A stretch of 64,000 nt of DNA, from positions 18,095 to 82,094 of the forward strand of contig JBEKNE010000001.1 in NCBI GenBank assembly GCA_049523135.1, written 5' to 3'. Positions 37,838-47,530 of this stretch are shown piece by piece (position 1 is the first letter of the stretch; each line of letters starts with the position of its first letter). Made by a program: the position numbers and the translations under genes. Below the pieces are notes generated by a model that did not search any database, had not been told where the DNA came from, and saw nothing but the letters and a program-made list of their open reading frames with translations. The stretch is from Candidatus Microgenomates bacterium. GTDB lineage: Bacteria; Patescibacteriota; Microgenomatia; UBA8517.

Positions 37838-38479
37838 CTAAATTTTAAAAGCTCCGTCCATTGTTCCGTGTCTGTCTGCAGAGTGATCTCTTTGGGTAAT
37901 TTTACCCTCAAACCTGTCAATTGCTTTCAAAACTTCTTCTTTCGTAGAACAAATCTCAAAAACACTCATTTCAGTGCTGTCGATATTCATATTTTTCCTT
38001 AATGTATCCAATATTTCTGCCCAGAAGAGGCCGTAAAGAATAATTGGCTTATGATGTCCGTAGTAAAGTTTAGCAAGTACCCATGCGGTTCCGAATTCGG
38101 AAACTGTACCACTTCCTCCTTTGAAAATTATAAAAATATCCCCGTATTCCAGAAGTTTAAACATACGCTCAATATAATTCGTGGTAACAACTTCAGTATC
38201 AGTTACATTTTTAATGTAGCGCCCTTCATATCCCACAGCTCCAACAGGATCAAAAGTAATGGAAACCGTCTTTCCGCCACCCTTAACTGCCCCACTTGTC
38301 GCCGCCTGCATAACGCCTGGTCCCCCTCCGTCAACTATTACATAACCTTCCTTTGCCAATGCTTCCGCAACATCAAAAGCCTGAACGTAAGTTTCGTCTG
38401 TTTCAGAAATATTAGCATCGCCAAAAAAGGCGATATTCTTAATGTATTTTTTTTCGGAATATTTGTTTGTTTCCTCCAT
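37838..38479 (-). CDS. LOG family protein (Rossmann-fold nucleotide-binding, cytokinin riboside 5'-monophosphate phosphoribohydrolase-like)
   Basis: DGGGPGVMQA...GG...VG signature. Confidence 0.75.
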   Translation of the reverse strand: MEETNKYSEKKYIKNIAFFGDANISETDETYVQAFDVAEALAKEGYVIVDGGGPGVMQAATSGAVKGGGKTVSITFDPVGAVGYEGRYIKNVTDTEVVTTNYIERMFKLLEYGDIFIIFKGGSGTVSEFGTAWVLAKLYYGHHKPIILYGLFWAEILDTLRKNMNIDSTEMSVFEICSTKEEVLKAIDRFEGKITQRDHSADRHGTMDGAFKI

Positions 38480-39595
38480 TTAATGCTTGAATGATAACGA
38501 AATGGGATCCGTTGGAGCGACTCCCCCTTCCAAAGTTCTGCCAACACGTATTACCTGTTCAACAAGGCGATTTGCATATCCCCACTCATTGTCATACCAC
38601 GCAAAAACTTTGACCAAATTTCCCGCAACAACTTGCGTTAAAGGAAGATCAACTATCGCCGATTCGCTTCTACCAATGATATCGCTTGATACCAGATATC
38701 CCTCAGAAATGGCTAATATACCCTTATATATAGGGTTTTTAGATGCTTCAATAAATGCTTGGTTTACCTCATCTTTTGTGACATTTTTCTTAAGAAGAAA
38801 GGTAAAGTCCGTTATTGAACCTGTTGCCGTTGGGACTCTTAAACTCATTCCATCAAACAAATCTTTAAGGACTGGAATTGTTTCCGTTGTTGCAATTGCC
38901 GCTCCCGTAGTTGTCGGAATAATATTCATGGCAGCCGCTCTTGCCCGTCTTAAATCATGATTGGATCCGTCCTGAAGATTTTGATCATCCGTATAACTGT
39001 GAATCGTTGTCATCATAGCCTTTTCGATACCGAATTTCGAAAGCATTACGGCGGCAACCGGCGCCACACAATTGGTTGTACAACTTGCATTGGAAATGAC
39101 CATTCCCTGGAGTTTATCCCCTCCTTTCTCATTAACTCCTAAAACATATGTATTAACATTTCCTCCTTTACTTGGAGCCGAAATTACAACTTTTTTAGCT
39201 CCCCCAATGGCATGTTTTTTGGCCCCTTCTTCATCAACGAAATGCCCTGTTGATTCAATGACTACATCCACCCCATATTTTCCCCATGGAATTTTAGCGG
39301 GATCTTTCTGAGCAAGAACGGGAACTTTAATATTCCTTTCGGGAATAGAAAGGTAACCAATTAAAGGATCTTCATCTGTTGCCTCTTCGGGTTTCTTAAC
39401 CTCCTCCGCAATAATTTCGTAGTTAAACTTGCGGTACATCGTATCGTAATTTGTCAGGTGAACCCACCCGGATACCGGCATACTTCCCGAAGTATTTATC
39501 GCAGCAAATTCAATTTCATCTGAGTGTTTGAGAATTCCTATTCTAAAAGCAATTCTTCCTATTCTTCCGAAACCATTAATTCCAACTTTAATCAT
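38480..39595 (-). CDS. gap: Glyceraldehyde-3-phosphate dehydrogenase, type I
   Basis: VGINGFGRIGR and active-site SNASCTTNC. Confidence 0.9.
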   Translation of the reverse strand: MIKVGINGFGRIGRIAFRIGILKHSDEIEFAAINTSGSMPVSGWVHLTNYDTMYRKFNYEIIAEEVKKPEEATDEDPLIGYLSIPERNIKVPVLAQKDPAKIPWGKYGVDVVIESTGHFVDEEGAKKHAIGGAKKVVISAPSKGGNVNTYVLGVNEKGGDKLQGMVISNASCTTNCVAPVAAVMLSKFGIEKAMMTTIHSYTDDQNLQDGSNHDLRRARAAAMNIIPTTTGAAIATTETIPVLKDLFDGMSLRVPTATGSITDFTFLLKKNVTKDEVNQAFIEASKNPIYKGILAISEGYLVSSDIIGRSESAIVDLPLTQVVAGNLVKVFAWYDNEWGYANRLVEQVIRVGRTLEGGVAPTDPISLSFKH

Positions 39596-39626
39596 GGCAG
39601 TATAGATACATTATATAATATAAACT

Positions 39627-40418
39627 ATGAAAGTTTCCTTAATAATTCCCGCCTACAACGAGGAAAAATATATCGGTAGATGTTTAAAATCCGTTAATAA
39701 TCAGGTAATTCCGGCTGATGAAGTGATTGTTGTCAACAACAACTCCATCGACAAAACCGCAGCGATTGCAAAAAAACTAGGAGCCAAGGTTATCAAAGAA
39801 AAGATGCAAGGCATGATTTATGCCAGAAACAGAGGATTTAATACCGCAAAATACGAAATAATAGCCAGGTGTGATGCCGATGCGATCGTTCCCCGAAATT
39901 GGATAAAAATAATCAAAAAAGATTTTGAAAATCCGAAAGTTGACGGTCTTTCGGGACCTGTCTATTTTTATGATTCTGAAATTCTAAAGTCAGCCAAGGT
40001 AACTCCGTCAAAAATTCTACAGAAATCTTTCAAAGCATTATCAAAAGGGCACGAACATATGGTTGGTCCGAATATGGCAATTACCAAAAAAATCTGGGAA
40101 AAAGTAAAAAACAAGGTATTTTTGGATGAATCAATCGTGCAAGAAGACAGTGATTTATCGCTCAATATAGCTTCTGTCGGAGGCTATATCGAACTTGATC
40201 CTAATCTCATTGTCGGTATTTCCGCCAGAAGAATTATTAAAAATCCAAAATCTTTCTTTCTGATATATCCGACCAAGGTTGTAAAAACTTTCTGGATAAA
40301 TAGAGAGAATTTAAAGAAGAGCTCTTATTCCGGGAAGATTCTTTTTAGAAAGAAATTCCAGCATGGCTCCTCCACCAACCGAAACCCAGTCAAACTTTTC
40401 TGGCAAATTAAGAAGTGA
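39627..40418 (+). CDS. Glycosyltransferase family 2
   Basis: N-terminal VSLIIPAYNEEKYIGRCL pattern and a DAD-like motif CDADAI. Confidence 0.7.
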   Translation: MKVSLIIPAYNEEKYIGRCLKSVNNQVIPADEVIVVNNNSIDKTAAIAKKLGAKVIKEKMQGMIYARNRGFNTAKYEIIARCDADAIVPRNWIKIIKKDFENPKVDGLSGPVYFYDSEILKSAKVTPSKILQKSFKALSKGHEHMVGPNMAITKKIWEKVKNKVFLDESIVQEDSDLSLNIASVGGYIELDPNLIVGISARRIIKNPKSFFLIYPTKVVKTFWINRENLKKSSYSGKILFRKKFQHGSSTNRNPVKLFWQIKK

Positions 40419-41261
40419 TAAGGCTGCTTCAGTATCTCCGCCCCCGGCAATTTTAAAAGCACCCGACTCGGCCACAGCTTTAAACACTCTTTCTGTTCCC
40501 TGCCTATGACCTTCATCTTCATATTTTCCTAAAGGACCCGAAACCACAACCATTCCGGCACTATCAACTTCTTTTTCAAATCTCTCAATTGTATTAAGAG
40601 TTATATCTTCTTTATCCATCACAAGGTTTCCGATAATTACCTTCCCAGTTTGAGTTCTCACACTTTCAAGTGCTTTATCACCTAAAAGCTCGGGAAGCTT
40701 CCCTCCAACAAGCACTTTGTCCGCAAATTTCTCGAATTCACCAATAAAGGAAAGTTTATCCTCCTTTGCTCCACTCATGATAAAAACCAAAGGCCGTTTG
40801 GGTTCAAAAACGTTGCTTAGATTTTCAATCTCAGCAATAAAATGAAATCCGGCCGCATGGGGCAAAAACTTCGGCACCCCAACAATTGATGCGTGGGCTC
40901 TGTGGGAACTGGCAAAGGCTTCGTTTATGTAAACATCGCCCCAAGAAGCAATTTCGTGGGCAAAACTTTCATCATTTGCTTCTTCTCCCGGATTAAAACG
41001 CAAATTTTCCTTAACTTCCGCACCCCAATACGAAAAAAGTGGTTCAAACGGCTTCAGACTCAGGCTTTCATTAACTTTTCCCTCCGGACGGCCTTTATGG
41101 GCAATAATAATTATTTTTGCTTTTTGGGAATAAAGAAAATCCAATGTTTCTTTTGAAGCCTTAATTCTTAAATCGTTTTCGTCCGGTTTGGTATCAAGAT
41201 CAAGCCTGAGAATCACTCTTTTTCCGGCTACATCTAAATCGGTAGGTTTGGGCAGAGTCAT
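40311..41261 (-). CDS. pgk: Phosphoglycerate kinase (compact, 316 aa)
   Basis: RLDLDTKP (RxDxN-like), NEAFASSHRAHAS and C-terminal GGGAMLEFL...LPGI motifs. Confidence 0.8.
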   Translation of the reverse strand: MTLPKPTDLDVAGKRVILRLDLDTKPDENDLRIKASKETLDFLYSQKAKIIIIAHKGRPEGKVNESLSLKPFEPLFSYWGAEVKENLRFNPGEEANDESFAHEIASWGDVYINEAFASSHRAHASIVGVPKFLPHAAGFHFIAEIENLSNVFEPKRPLVFIMSGAKEDKLSFIGEFEKFADKVLVGGKLPELLGDKALESVRTQTGKVIIGNLVMDKEDITLNTIERFEKEVDSAGMVVVSGPLGKYEDEGHRQGTERVFKAVAESGAFKIAGGGDTEAALSLLNLPEKFDWVSVGGGAMLEFLSKKNLPGIRALL

Positions 41262-41263
41262 CT

Positions 41264-41713
41264 TTAATTATTTGCTTCAATTTCCTTAATTTCCTGAAGT
41301 CTTCTTTCATATTTTTCCTTACCTGCAAATTTGGTTTCCAAAAAAGCAATTAACATTGCCTTTGCTTCTTTCTCCGTTGTAAAATCGGCTGCTATGACCA
41401 AAACATTCATATCGTCATCATTTCTCCCCATTTCAATTTGCCCCACACTTTTACCAATTGAGGATCTTATTCCGTCAAATTTATTGGCAACAATATCCAC
41501 TCCGACCCCGCTTCCACAAAGAAGCACCCCGCGCGCTCCTTCCGTTGAAACAACAAGAGAAGCAACCTGTTCCGCATATTTTGGATAATTGTCATTTGGG
41601 TCATAATGAGTTGCACCTAAATCCTGATAGGCATATTCCATCTCAAAAAGCCACTTGCCAATTTTATTTTTTAACTCATATCCCCTATGGTCTGCTCCTA
41701 GAAAAATTTTCAT
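41264..41713 (-). CDS. rpiB: Ribose-5-phosphate isomerase B
   Basis: MKIFLGADHRGYELK signature of the RpiB/LacAB fold. Confidence 0.85.
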   Translation of the reverse strand: MKIFLGADHRGYELKNKIGKWLFEMEYAYQDLGATHYDPNDNYPKYAEQVASLVVSTEGARGVLLCGSGVGVDIVANKFDGIRSSIGKSVGQIEMGRNDDDMNVLVIAADFTTEKEAKAMLIAFLETKFAGKEKYERRLQEIKEIEANN

Positions 41714-41717
41714 AATA

Positions 41718-42377
41718 TTATTTAAATCCTTCCGTTAATTCTAACAGTTTTGCTCGCGGATCGGGAGCTTTAACGATTGCCGTTGCAACAGCAACTCCCA
41801 CCGCCCCAAGCTGCAAGCTCTTTTTAACATCTTCCATTGACGAAACTCCCGCCCCAACTATCAAAGGTTCCCCGCCCAATCGGGCTACTTCGGAGGCTTC
41901 TGAGATAATTCCGGGTTGAGCTCTGGCAACAGAAGTTGTGGTTGAGCCCACAAGTTCAGGCGGCTCATAGGCAACATATGTCGGAGCAAGTTCGGTTACC
42001 TTTTTAAGTTCATCTATCGTTCCCGCAAAAATCAAAGTCTTAAGATTGGCGGACATTGCTCTTTCGTTGGCTGTGTAGAGCGCATCAAAACTGTCAAACT
42101 TATGCTCCGAATGGTTTAAAAAGACTCCGGAAACCCCAATTTTTGCCGCTTCTTCCGGCAAAGTCCAGCCCGTATGGGCCCCGTAATTTAGGGGGTCAAC
42201 ATGCTGAATCCAAACTTCCAATGTAGTGGAAGGAATGACCATCTCGGCATCAATAATTTGGACTACGGGAATAATTTTCACCTGACTATCATGAGCGACT
42301 TCTTCCAAAATTTTAGTCAAAGCGATAGCCCTCGGCCCCGAAGCTTCCTCATAAGTCTTGTAATTAACAAAAATCAT
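41718..42377 (-). CDS. tpiA: Triosephosphate isomerase, archaeal-type short form
   Basis: 219 aa with a VAYEPPELVGS motif typical of archaeal TIM. Confidence 0.75.
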   Translation of the reverse strand: MIFVNYKTYEEASGPRAIALTKILEEVAHDSQVKIIPVVQIIDAEMVIPSTTLEVWIQHVDPLNYGAHTGWTLPEEAAKIGVSGVFLNHSEHKFDSFDALYTANERAMSANLKTLIFAGTIDELKKVTELAPTYVAYEPPELVGSTTTSVARAQPGIISEASEVARLGGEPLIVGAGVSSMEDVKKSLQLGAVGVAVATAIVKAPDPRAKLLELTEGFK

Positions 42378-42628
42378 TCCTTTAAACCCAAAATGGTATT
42401 AATTTTCCCTTTGTCAAAACCGATCACCTTTTCCTGCGTATCGTTATCTAAAGTGATTATTGTAAAAGGCACTCCCAAAAATCCTCCTGAAGAAGCCTCC
42501 AGTTCCCCCTTTGCCGCCTCATCCATATCTACAAATTTTTCTGTAAAGGAAAATTTTTTTTCTTTCAGATAACCTTTAAGCATTCTGCAGTAAGGACAAG
42601 TTGTTGTGGAATAAATAGTTATAGTCAT
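42374..42628 (-). CDS. Glutaredoxin-like protein (NrdH/YruB-like)
   Basis: CPYC redox motif near the N-terminus in an 84-aa thioredoxin fold. Confidence 0.7.
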   Translation of the reverse strand: MTITIYSTTTCPYCRMLKGYLKEKKFSFTEKFVDMDEAAKGELEASSGGFLGVPFTIITLDNDTQEKVIGFDKGKINTILGLKE

Positions 42629-42674
42629 ATGAAAGACTCTAATCGTTATATTAGCTCATCGGATGGCTTCAAGT

Positions 42675-43133
42675 CTAGAAAGAGCCTTCGAGAATGTGTT
42701 TGGTCCCTACCGAAACAATAATTTTATTGTAATTCGGATATTTTGAAGAATCGTAATTTAATATCCAGCCGCCTTTTTCCATTGTCAAGTTTCCAAGCAG
42801 AATCATTTGCCCGGACGAATTCTCCAGAAGTCCCCTATAAAATTGTCCTTTAGGTAGGGCGGGAAGATCCGCCAGAATCTCACTTCTTGTTGCAATACCC
42901 ATGCCATTTCCACCAGATACGTCAACCAAATCAATATGTTCCGTATCCTCCGGAATAGTTAGACCCCTAAATTTGCTTTCAATCTGTTGCTCTATGCTTG
43001 GGGTGGCTATAGGCACGGGAAGATTGTTAACTCTGGATTTTCTATACAAAATGAGAACTCCCGCAATAATTAAGACTAAGGCTATAAAGGTGATTACAAT
43101 TTGTTTTGTTGTCATCTTGAGCGAAAATAACAC
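42675..43133 (-). CDS. Hypothetical membrane-anchored protein
   Basis: N-terminal TM helix. No motif recognised. Confidence 0.4.
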   Translation of the reverse strand: MLFSLKMTTKQIVITFIALVLIIAGVLILYRKSRVNNLPVPIATPSIEQQIESKFRGLTIPEDTEHIDLVDVSGGNGMGIATRSEILADLPALPKGQFYRGLLENSSGQMILLGNLTMEKGGWILNYDSSKYPNYNKIIVSVGTKHILEGSF

Positions 43134-43204
43134 CTGTAGGAGCTAATGTCAAGTTTTTATAATTAACTAATTACCGCAAATTTACCGCAGATTTCCCGCT
43201 GGGC

Positions 43205-43393
43205 TCAGCCCTGCTTCAAATAAATTCCGAAAAGCGCTAAAACCGCAGCCACAAGCAGCCACTGAGTTGAAGCTAACCAAATGTCCTGCCCTACCCAACC
43301 GATAATTGAAAACAAAACCGCAATAACTGCACCGTAGATCAAAACTTTGGAGAATATTTCCTTATTTTTCTTATCAAATTTCATCTTTCTCAC
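43205..43393 (-). CDS. Hypothetical small membrane protein
   Basis: 62 aa with two hydrophobic helices. Confidence 0.3.
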   Translation of the reverse strand: MRKMKFDKKNKEIFSKVLIYGAVIAVLFSIIGWVGQDIWLASTQWLLVAAVLALFGIYLKQG

Positions 43394-43527
43394 CCCCTCC
43401 TCTTAATACTACCACTTGACCAAGATTCTTTTTAAAAGTAAATTAAACCGATTGCCAAAATACGGTGGAATTCCGTAGATGTGCCGCAACTGTATATCCA
43501 GAGCCCAGAAAAAACCCGAGCAGGAAA

Positions 43528-43932
43528 ATGAAAAAATACACAAAAATAATTGTCGCCTCGATAGGAACTCTCCTTCTTGGATTTATGCTCTGGCAGGTCA
43601 AAACACATTACTTCAGAGTTAATATTCAAAATGAAAAAATTGCTCAACAGATTTCAACAAGCTTGGAAATTGATGGAGATGGTCCCGTCACTTTTGACAT
43701 TTCAAGTTTTGTCGGCAAGACGGCCCTCAAAGCAACAGAATCTAAAGCTAAAATAGTGACAAGTGGTACGGGGACAAACGCATTTATAACATCAATAAAC
43801 GGACGAACTGCCGATGCAAGCAAACACGAATTTTGGGAACTCGACGCCAACGGAAAAGAAACCGAAGTCGGGGCAGGAAGTTATATCATACAAAAGGGAG
43901 ACATAATCTTATGGCATATAAATACTTACTAA
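43528..43932 (+). CDS. DUF4430 domain protein (secreted, B12-uptake-associated family)
   Basis: Signal/TM sequence then KIVTSGTGTNAFITSINGRTA...WELDANGKE...IQKGDIILWHI, matching the DUF4430 pattern. Confidence 0.6.
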   Translation: MKKYTKIIVASIGTLLLGFMLWQVKTHYFRVNIQNEKIAQQISTSLEIDGDGPVTFDISSFVGKTALKATESKAKIVTSGTGTNAFITSINGRTADASKHEFWELDANGKETEVGAGSYIIQKGDIILWHINTY

Positions 43933-44465
43933 AATTAAAACAGTTATCTAATAAGTTGGCCACACCCATAACTTTTATACTTATCGGGGCCGTGGCAAGA
44001 GTCATTCCCCATTTACCCAATTTTGCCCCAATTGGAGCAATGGCACTATTCGGTGGGGCTTACATGAGTAAAAAACAGGCTTTAACTTTACCAATTTTAG
44101 CAATGGTACTTTCCGATTTCATAATTGGTTTTGATAGTTTACCCATGAGACTCGCTGTCTACGGAAGTTTCCTCTTAATAGTTTTAATGGGTATGTTTAT
44201 TAAAAAACAAATAAATGCCAAAAATGTTATTTTTGCATCTTTCTTGGCTTCAATTCTTTTCTTTATAATAACCAATTTTGCAGTCTGGGAATTTGGGCAC
44301 CTATATTCAAAAACCATTGAGGGCTTAATGCAGTCGTACTTTTTTGCAATTCCTTTCTTCCGAAATACGGTTTTTGGTGATCTTTTTTACAACGGAATTT
44401 TCTTTGGAGCTTATAATCTACTTCTTAATATCTCTCACCCTTTGGCTTTGGAACAAAAGGTCTGA
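43911..44465 (+). CDS. ECF-transporter S-component-like membrane protein (possibly cobalamin-specific, CbrT-like)
   Basis: Multi-TM protein whose gene overlaps the DUF4430 gene by 22 nt. It has a VARVIPHLPNFAPIGAMALFGG motif. The S-component assignment rests on this pairing. Confidence 0.45.
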   Translation: MAYKYLLKLKQLSNKLATPITFILIGAVARVIPHLPNFAPIGAMALFGGAYMSKKQALTLPILAMVLSDFIIGFDSLPMRLAVYGSFLLIVLMGMFIKKQINAKNVIFASFLASILFFIITNFAVWEFGHLYSKTIEGLMQSYFFAIPFFRNTVFGDLFYNGIFFGAYNLLLNISHPLALEQKV

Positions 44466-45039
44466 TTGCCTCCATTTCTTTGGGTTTTTGTTTGTAAGTA
44501 AAAAGAATTTTATCAATATAGTTGCCTAAATCTTTGTAATAATAGACATCTTTAAGCTCAATATCATCCGCATCAACCTCTCCCGGAATATGTTCATTTG
44601 GTCTGGCCGGAGTTCTGGCATGGACAACGACATTACCAATTGCTAATTGTTTCCAAATAGCATTTGGGGGGTAAGTTTTGACTTTAACGACCTCGTCCCA
44701 AGTAAGCGACCTTGGGTTTGTGGCAAAAAGGGTTGTCGGTTCAAAACGCATTAGTCTCCTATCCGTAATGTAGGCCATGTCGCGCTTTTGATAATCCGTA
44801 ACAACTTTTGTGCCAACTACTGCAATAATTATTGCTATCACAATTCCGCTAAACAAAAACAAATTTAATAGAACCAGTTGAGTACCCAAAATCGCCAAAA
44901 CAACAAAAACAGCAAGAGCAACAAGATATACCTTAAGAAGTTTAAAGCTAAGCGACAAAGGGTGGGGTGTTACCACATAGAGAATTCTTTCCCCTTCCTG
45001 CTTGCCGAAAAAATCCGTTTCGGAATTATGCATTGACAT
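44425..45039 (-). CDS. Membrane protein with bacterial PH (bPH_2/YdbT-like) domain
   Basis: Two TM helices followed by a PH-like domain. Confidence 0.45.
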   Translation of the reverse strand: MSMHNSETDFFGKQEGERILYVVTPHPLSLSFKLLKVYLVALAVFVVLAILGTQLVLLNLFLFSGIVIAIIIAVVGTKVVTDYQKRDMAYITDRRLMRFEPTTLFATNPRSLTWDEVVKVKTYPPNAIWKQLAIGNVVVHARTPARPNEHIPGEVDADDIELKDVYYYKDLGNYIDKILFTYKQKPKEMEAIRPFVPKPKGERY

Positions 45040-45103
45040 AAACTAACTGATTCTAAGATATTCCGTCAATTTTTGCTATTATTATTTACATATATTTCCT
45101 AAC

Positions 45104-46210
45104 ATGGCAAAGAGAGAATCAAAAATAGGCAAACTTATCAAAACTTTAGTGGTACTAATCCTTATCGTCATTATTGGTGCAATAATTTTTATTAAATTTA
45201 ACACAGGTGCGGCGGCGGAGTTTACGGACAACTATCTCCGCCCCTTACTCGGAAACACTTTTGTCGGATTTCTGGAAAAAACATATTTCAACACAAGCGA
45301 TAAAATCCAACAAATAACCAACTACAACGGTCTTGAAAATGTTCCTCAATTTCTTGATCAGGGAATAGAAAGTTCAACCTCCACACCCATTCCCATAAAT
45401 AGCAATCTTCCAAGGGTTACGGGTGAAGGTATCTGGCATAATCGTCCATTAAAGCTTTTTCCGAATGAACAAGTAATGGCCTACACATTCGTGAGACCCG
45501 ATCCGACAAGACCCTTTGCATACGTAACCCTGGTACAACTGGATATGACAAAATTGAACATTATGGCAGTTGCCGGTACAAAGCAACCCGGCGGTCCGAT
45601 CGGAAACCCCGGACCGGGAAAAATTCCACAGGATATTGTTCAAAACGGAAGGCTGGTGGCTGCTTTTGACGGTGGTTTCCAATACCGCGACGGAGAATAT
45701 GGAATGATTGTCGGTAATAAAACCTATGTACCACTTGAGCAGAATATCGGAACTTTAGTCGGATATAATGACGGCTCAATAAAAATTGTTAATTATACCG
45801 GTCAGGACTTAGGTAAAGATGTATCTTTTATCCGCCAGAATTGCCCTATTTTAATTGAAAACGGACAAGTATTTGTGTCTAACGAGAACAACAAAAAACT
45901 CTGGGGTAGAACTTTTAATGCAAATATTTTTACATGGCGGAGCGGAATCGGAATAACGGCACAGGGAAATTTAATTTACGCTGTCGGAAATAACCTCTCC
46001 CCAGAAAGTCTGGCAGAAGCTCTCAAAATGGCAGGGGCACAAAATGCTATTCAACTTGATATAAATCCGTTTTGGGTAAGATTTAATATTTTTGATTCTG
46101 AGGGAGACGGAAAATATAAAATCTCAACTTTAACAAAAGATCTCAAAGACGGCTCCAAAGACTACCTGAACGGATATTCAAAAGACTTCTTCTATATTTA
46201 CAATAGATAA
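45104..46210 (+). CDS. Phosphodiester glycosidase family protein (NAGPA/DUF2233)
   Basis: N-terminal TM anchor. FDGGFQYRDGEYGMIVG and AVGNN...AIQLDINPFWVRF motifs. Confidence 0.65.
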   Translation: MAKRESKIGKLIKTLVVLILIVIIGAIIFIKFNTGAAAEFTDNYLRPLLGNTFVGFLEKTYFNTSDKIQQITNYNGLENVPQFLDQGIESSTSTPIPINSNLPRVTGEGIWHNRPLKLFPNEQVMAYTFVRPDPTRPFAYVTLVQLDMTKLNIMAVAGTKQPGGPIGNPGPGKIPQDIVQNGRLVAAFDGGFQYRDGEYGMIVGNKTYVPLEQNIGTLVGYNDGSIKIVNYTGQDLGKDVSFIRQNCPILIENGQVFVSNENNKKLWGRTFNANIFTWRSGIGITAQGNLIYAVGNNLSPESLAEALKMAGAQNAIQLDINPFWVRFNIFDSEGDGKYKISTLTKDLKDGSKDYLNGYSKDFFYIYNR

Positions 46211-46231
46211 GAAAATATCTTTTTATAATAA

Positions 46232-46915
46232 TTAATCAATTTTAAAAATCTTTCCAATCACAAAACCAATAAAGGCAGCTCCCATTCCGATTAGGAACAT
46301 CTGGAGTCCACTTTTCCACCACTTTCCCACATAGTTTTCTGCTTTATAAACTCCGACTCCAAAAAGAACAAGCCCACTCAAAATTAAACTATAAATTAAG
46401 GCTTCGCGGGGTTGAAAAATGAAAAAAGGTGAGACGGGAATTACTGAACCAACAACTGTAGAAAAACCTACCAAAAATGATGACTTGAGAAGCTTGTCTG
46501 TTTTGATCTCCTGAGAATGCAATTCTTCCTCCATCATAATGTTTACCCAAACATCCTTGTTTTTTGTAATAATCTCTGTAACATTATCAAGTTCCTCACC
46601 GCTAAATCCTTTTTTCTTGTAAATTTCATAAACTTCACGCCTTTCTTCCTCCGGATATTTTTCTATCTCGTTATATTCAGTCTCTTTTTCCTTCTCATAA
46701 TGATCTTTCTCCGCCAAAGTTGAAGTATAATTGACTGCCCCCATCGAAACAGCTTCAGCAAAAGCCGCAGCGAGTGATGCGGCAATAATGACGGGGTGGG
46801 TTCCGTTAGCTGCAGTAACACCCAAAATTATTCCCAAAACATTAACAAGTCCGTCTTGTCCGCCAAGAATCAGCTCACGTATCCACGAATTTTCCTGATG
46901 AAGACTTTTCGCCAC
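46232..46915 (-). CDS. VIT1/CCC1 family iron/manganese transporter
   Basis: GGQDGLVNVLGIILGV signature and a C-terminal membrane domain. Confidence 0.75.
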   Translation of the reverse strand: MAKSLHQENSWIRELILGGQDGLVNVLGIILGVTAANGTHPVIIAASLAAAFAEAVSMGAVNYTSTLAEKDHYEKEKETEYNEIEKYPEEERREVYEIYKKKGFSGEELDNVTEIITKNKDVWVNIMMEEELHSQEIKTDKLLKSSFLVGFSTVVGSVIPVSPFFIFQPREALIYSLILSGLVLFGVGVYKAENYVGKWWKSGLQMFLIGMGAAFIGFVIGKIFKID

Positions 46916-46935
46916 AATTTATTTTAACACACCAA

Positions 46936-47502
46936 TTATTTAACTCTCCCGAGGTATTCGCCAGTCGTGGTATCGAGTTGTACTTTCTCCCCGACTTTAA
47001 TAAATAGAGGAACCTGAGCTTCAATTCCGGTTTCAAGTTTGACTGTCTTCTTGGGGGCATTCATCCTGTTTCCTGCAACATCATTCGGAGATTCCGTAAC
47101 TTGCAGAGTAACATGCGTCGGAAGGGTTGCCCCTATTGCTTTCCCTTTATACCAAACAATCCAGCAACCCAGGTTTGGAGTAAGATAACCAAACTGATCT
47201 TCAATTAAGCTCATGGGGATATTAACCTGATCAAAAGATTGCGGATCCATGAAGACAAGCTCATTACCACTTCTATAAAGATAATTCATTTCCTTCTTTT
47301 CAATTTCCGCCACCTCTACCGTTTCAGCGGTTTTGTAGGTAAACTCACCCGCCGAGCCTGTTTGAACATTTTTAAATTTGACTCTCATGACAGGAGTTCC
47401 TTTCCCAGGAGACATAAACTCCGCCTTGGTTATAAAAACCGGAGCCCCTTTAAAAATAATGAAGCTGCCTTTTGTGATGTTGCCGGCATTAATTGTATCC
47501 AT
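46936..47502 (-). CDS. efp: Elongation factor P
   Basis: KPGKG-like loop (SPGKGTPVMRVKFKN) and the three-domain length of EF-P. Confidence 0.9.
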   Translation of the reverse strand: MDTINAGNITKGSFIIFKGAPVFITKAEFMSPGKGTPVMRVKFKNVQTGSAGEFTYKTAETVEVAEIEKKEMNYLYRSGNELVFMDPQSFDQVNIPMSLIEDQFGYLTPNLGCWIVWYKGKAIGATLPTHVTLQVTESPNDVAGNRMNAPKKTVKLETGIEAQVPLFIKVGEKVQLDTTTGEYLGRVK

Positions 47503-47530
47503 AACTCGTGTATTTTACGCCAAATCGAGC

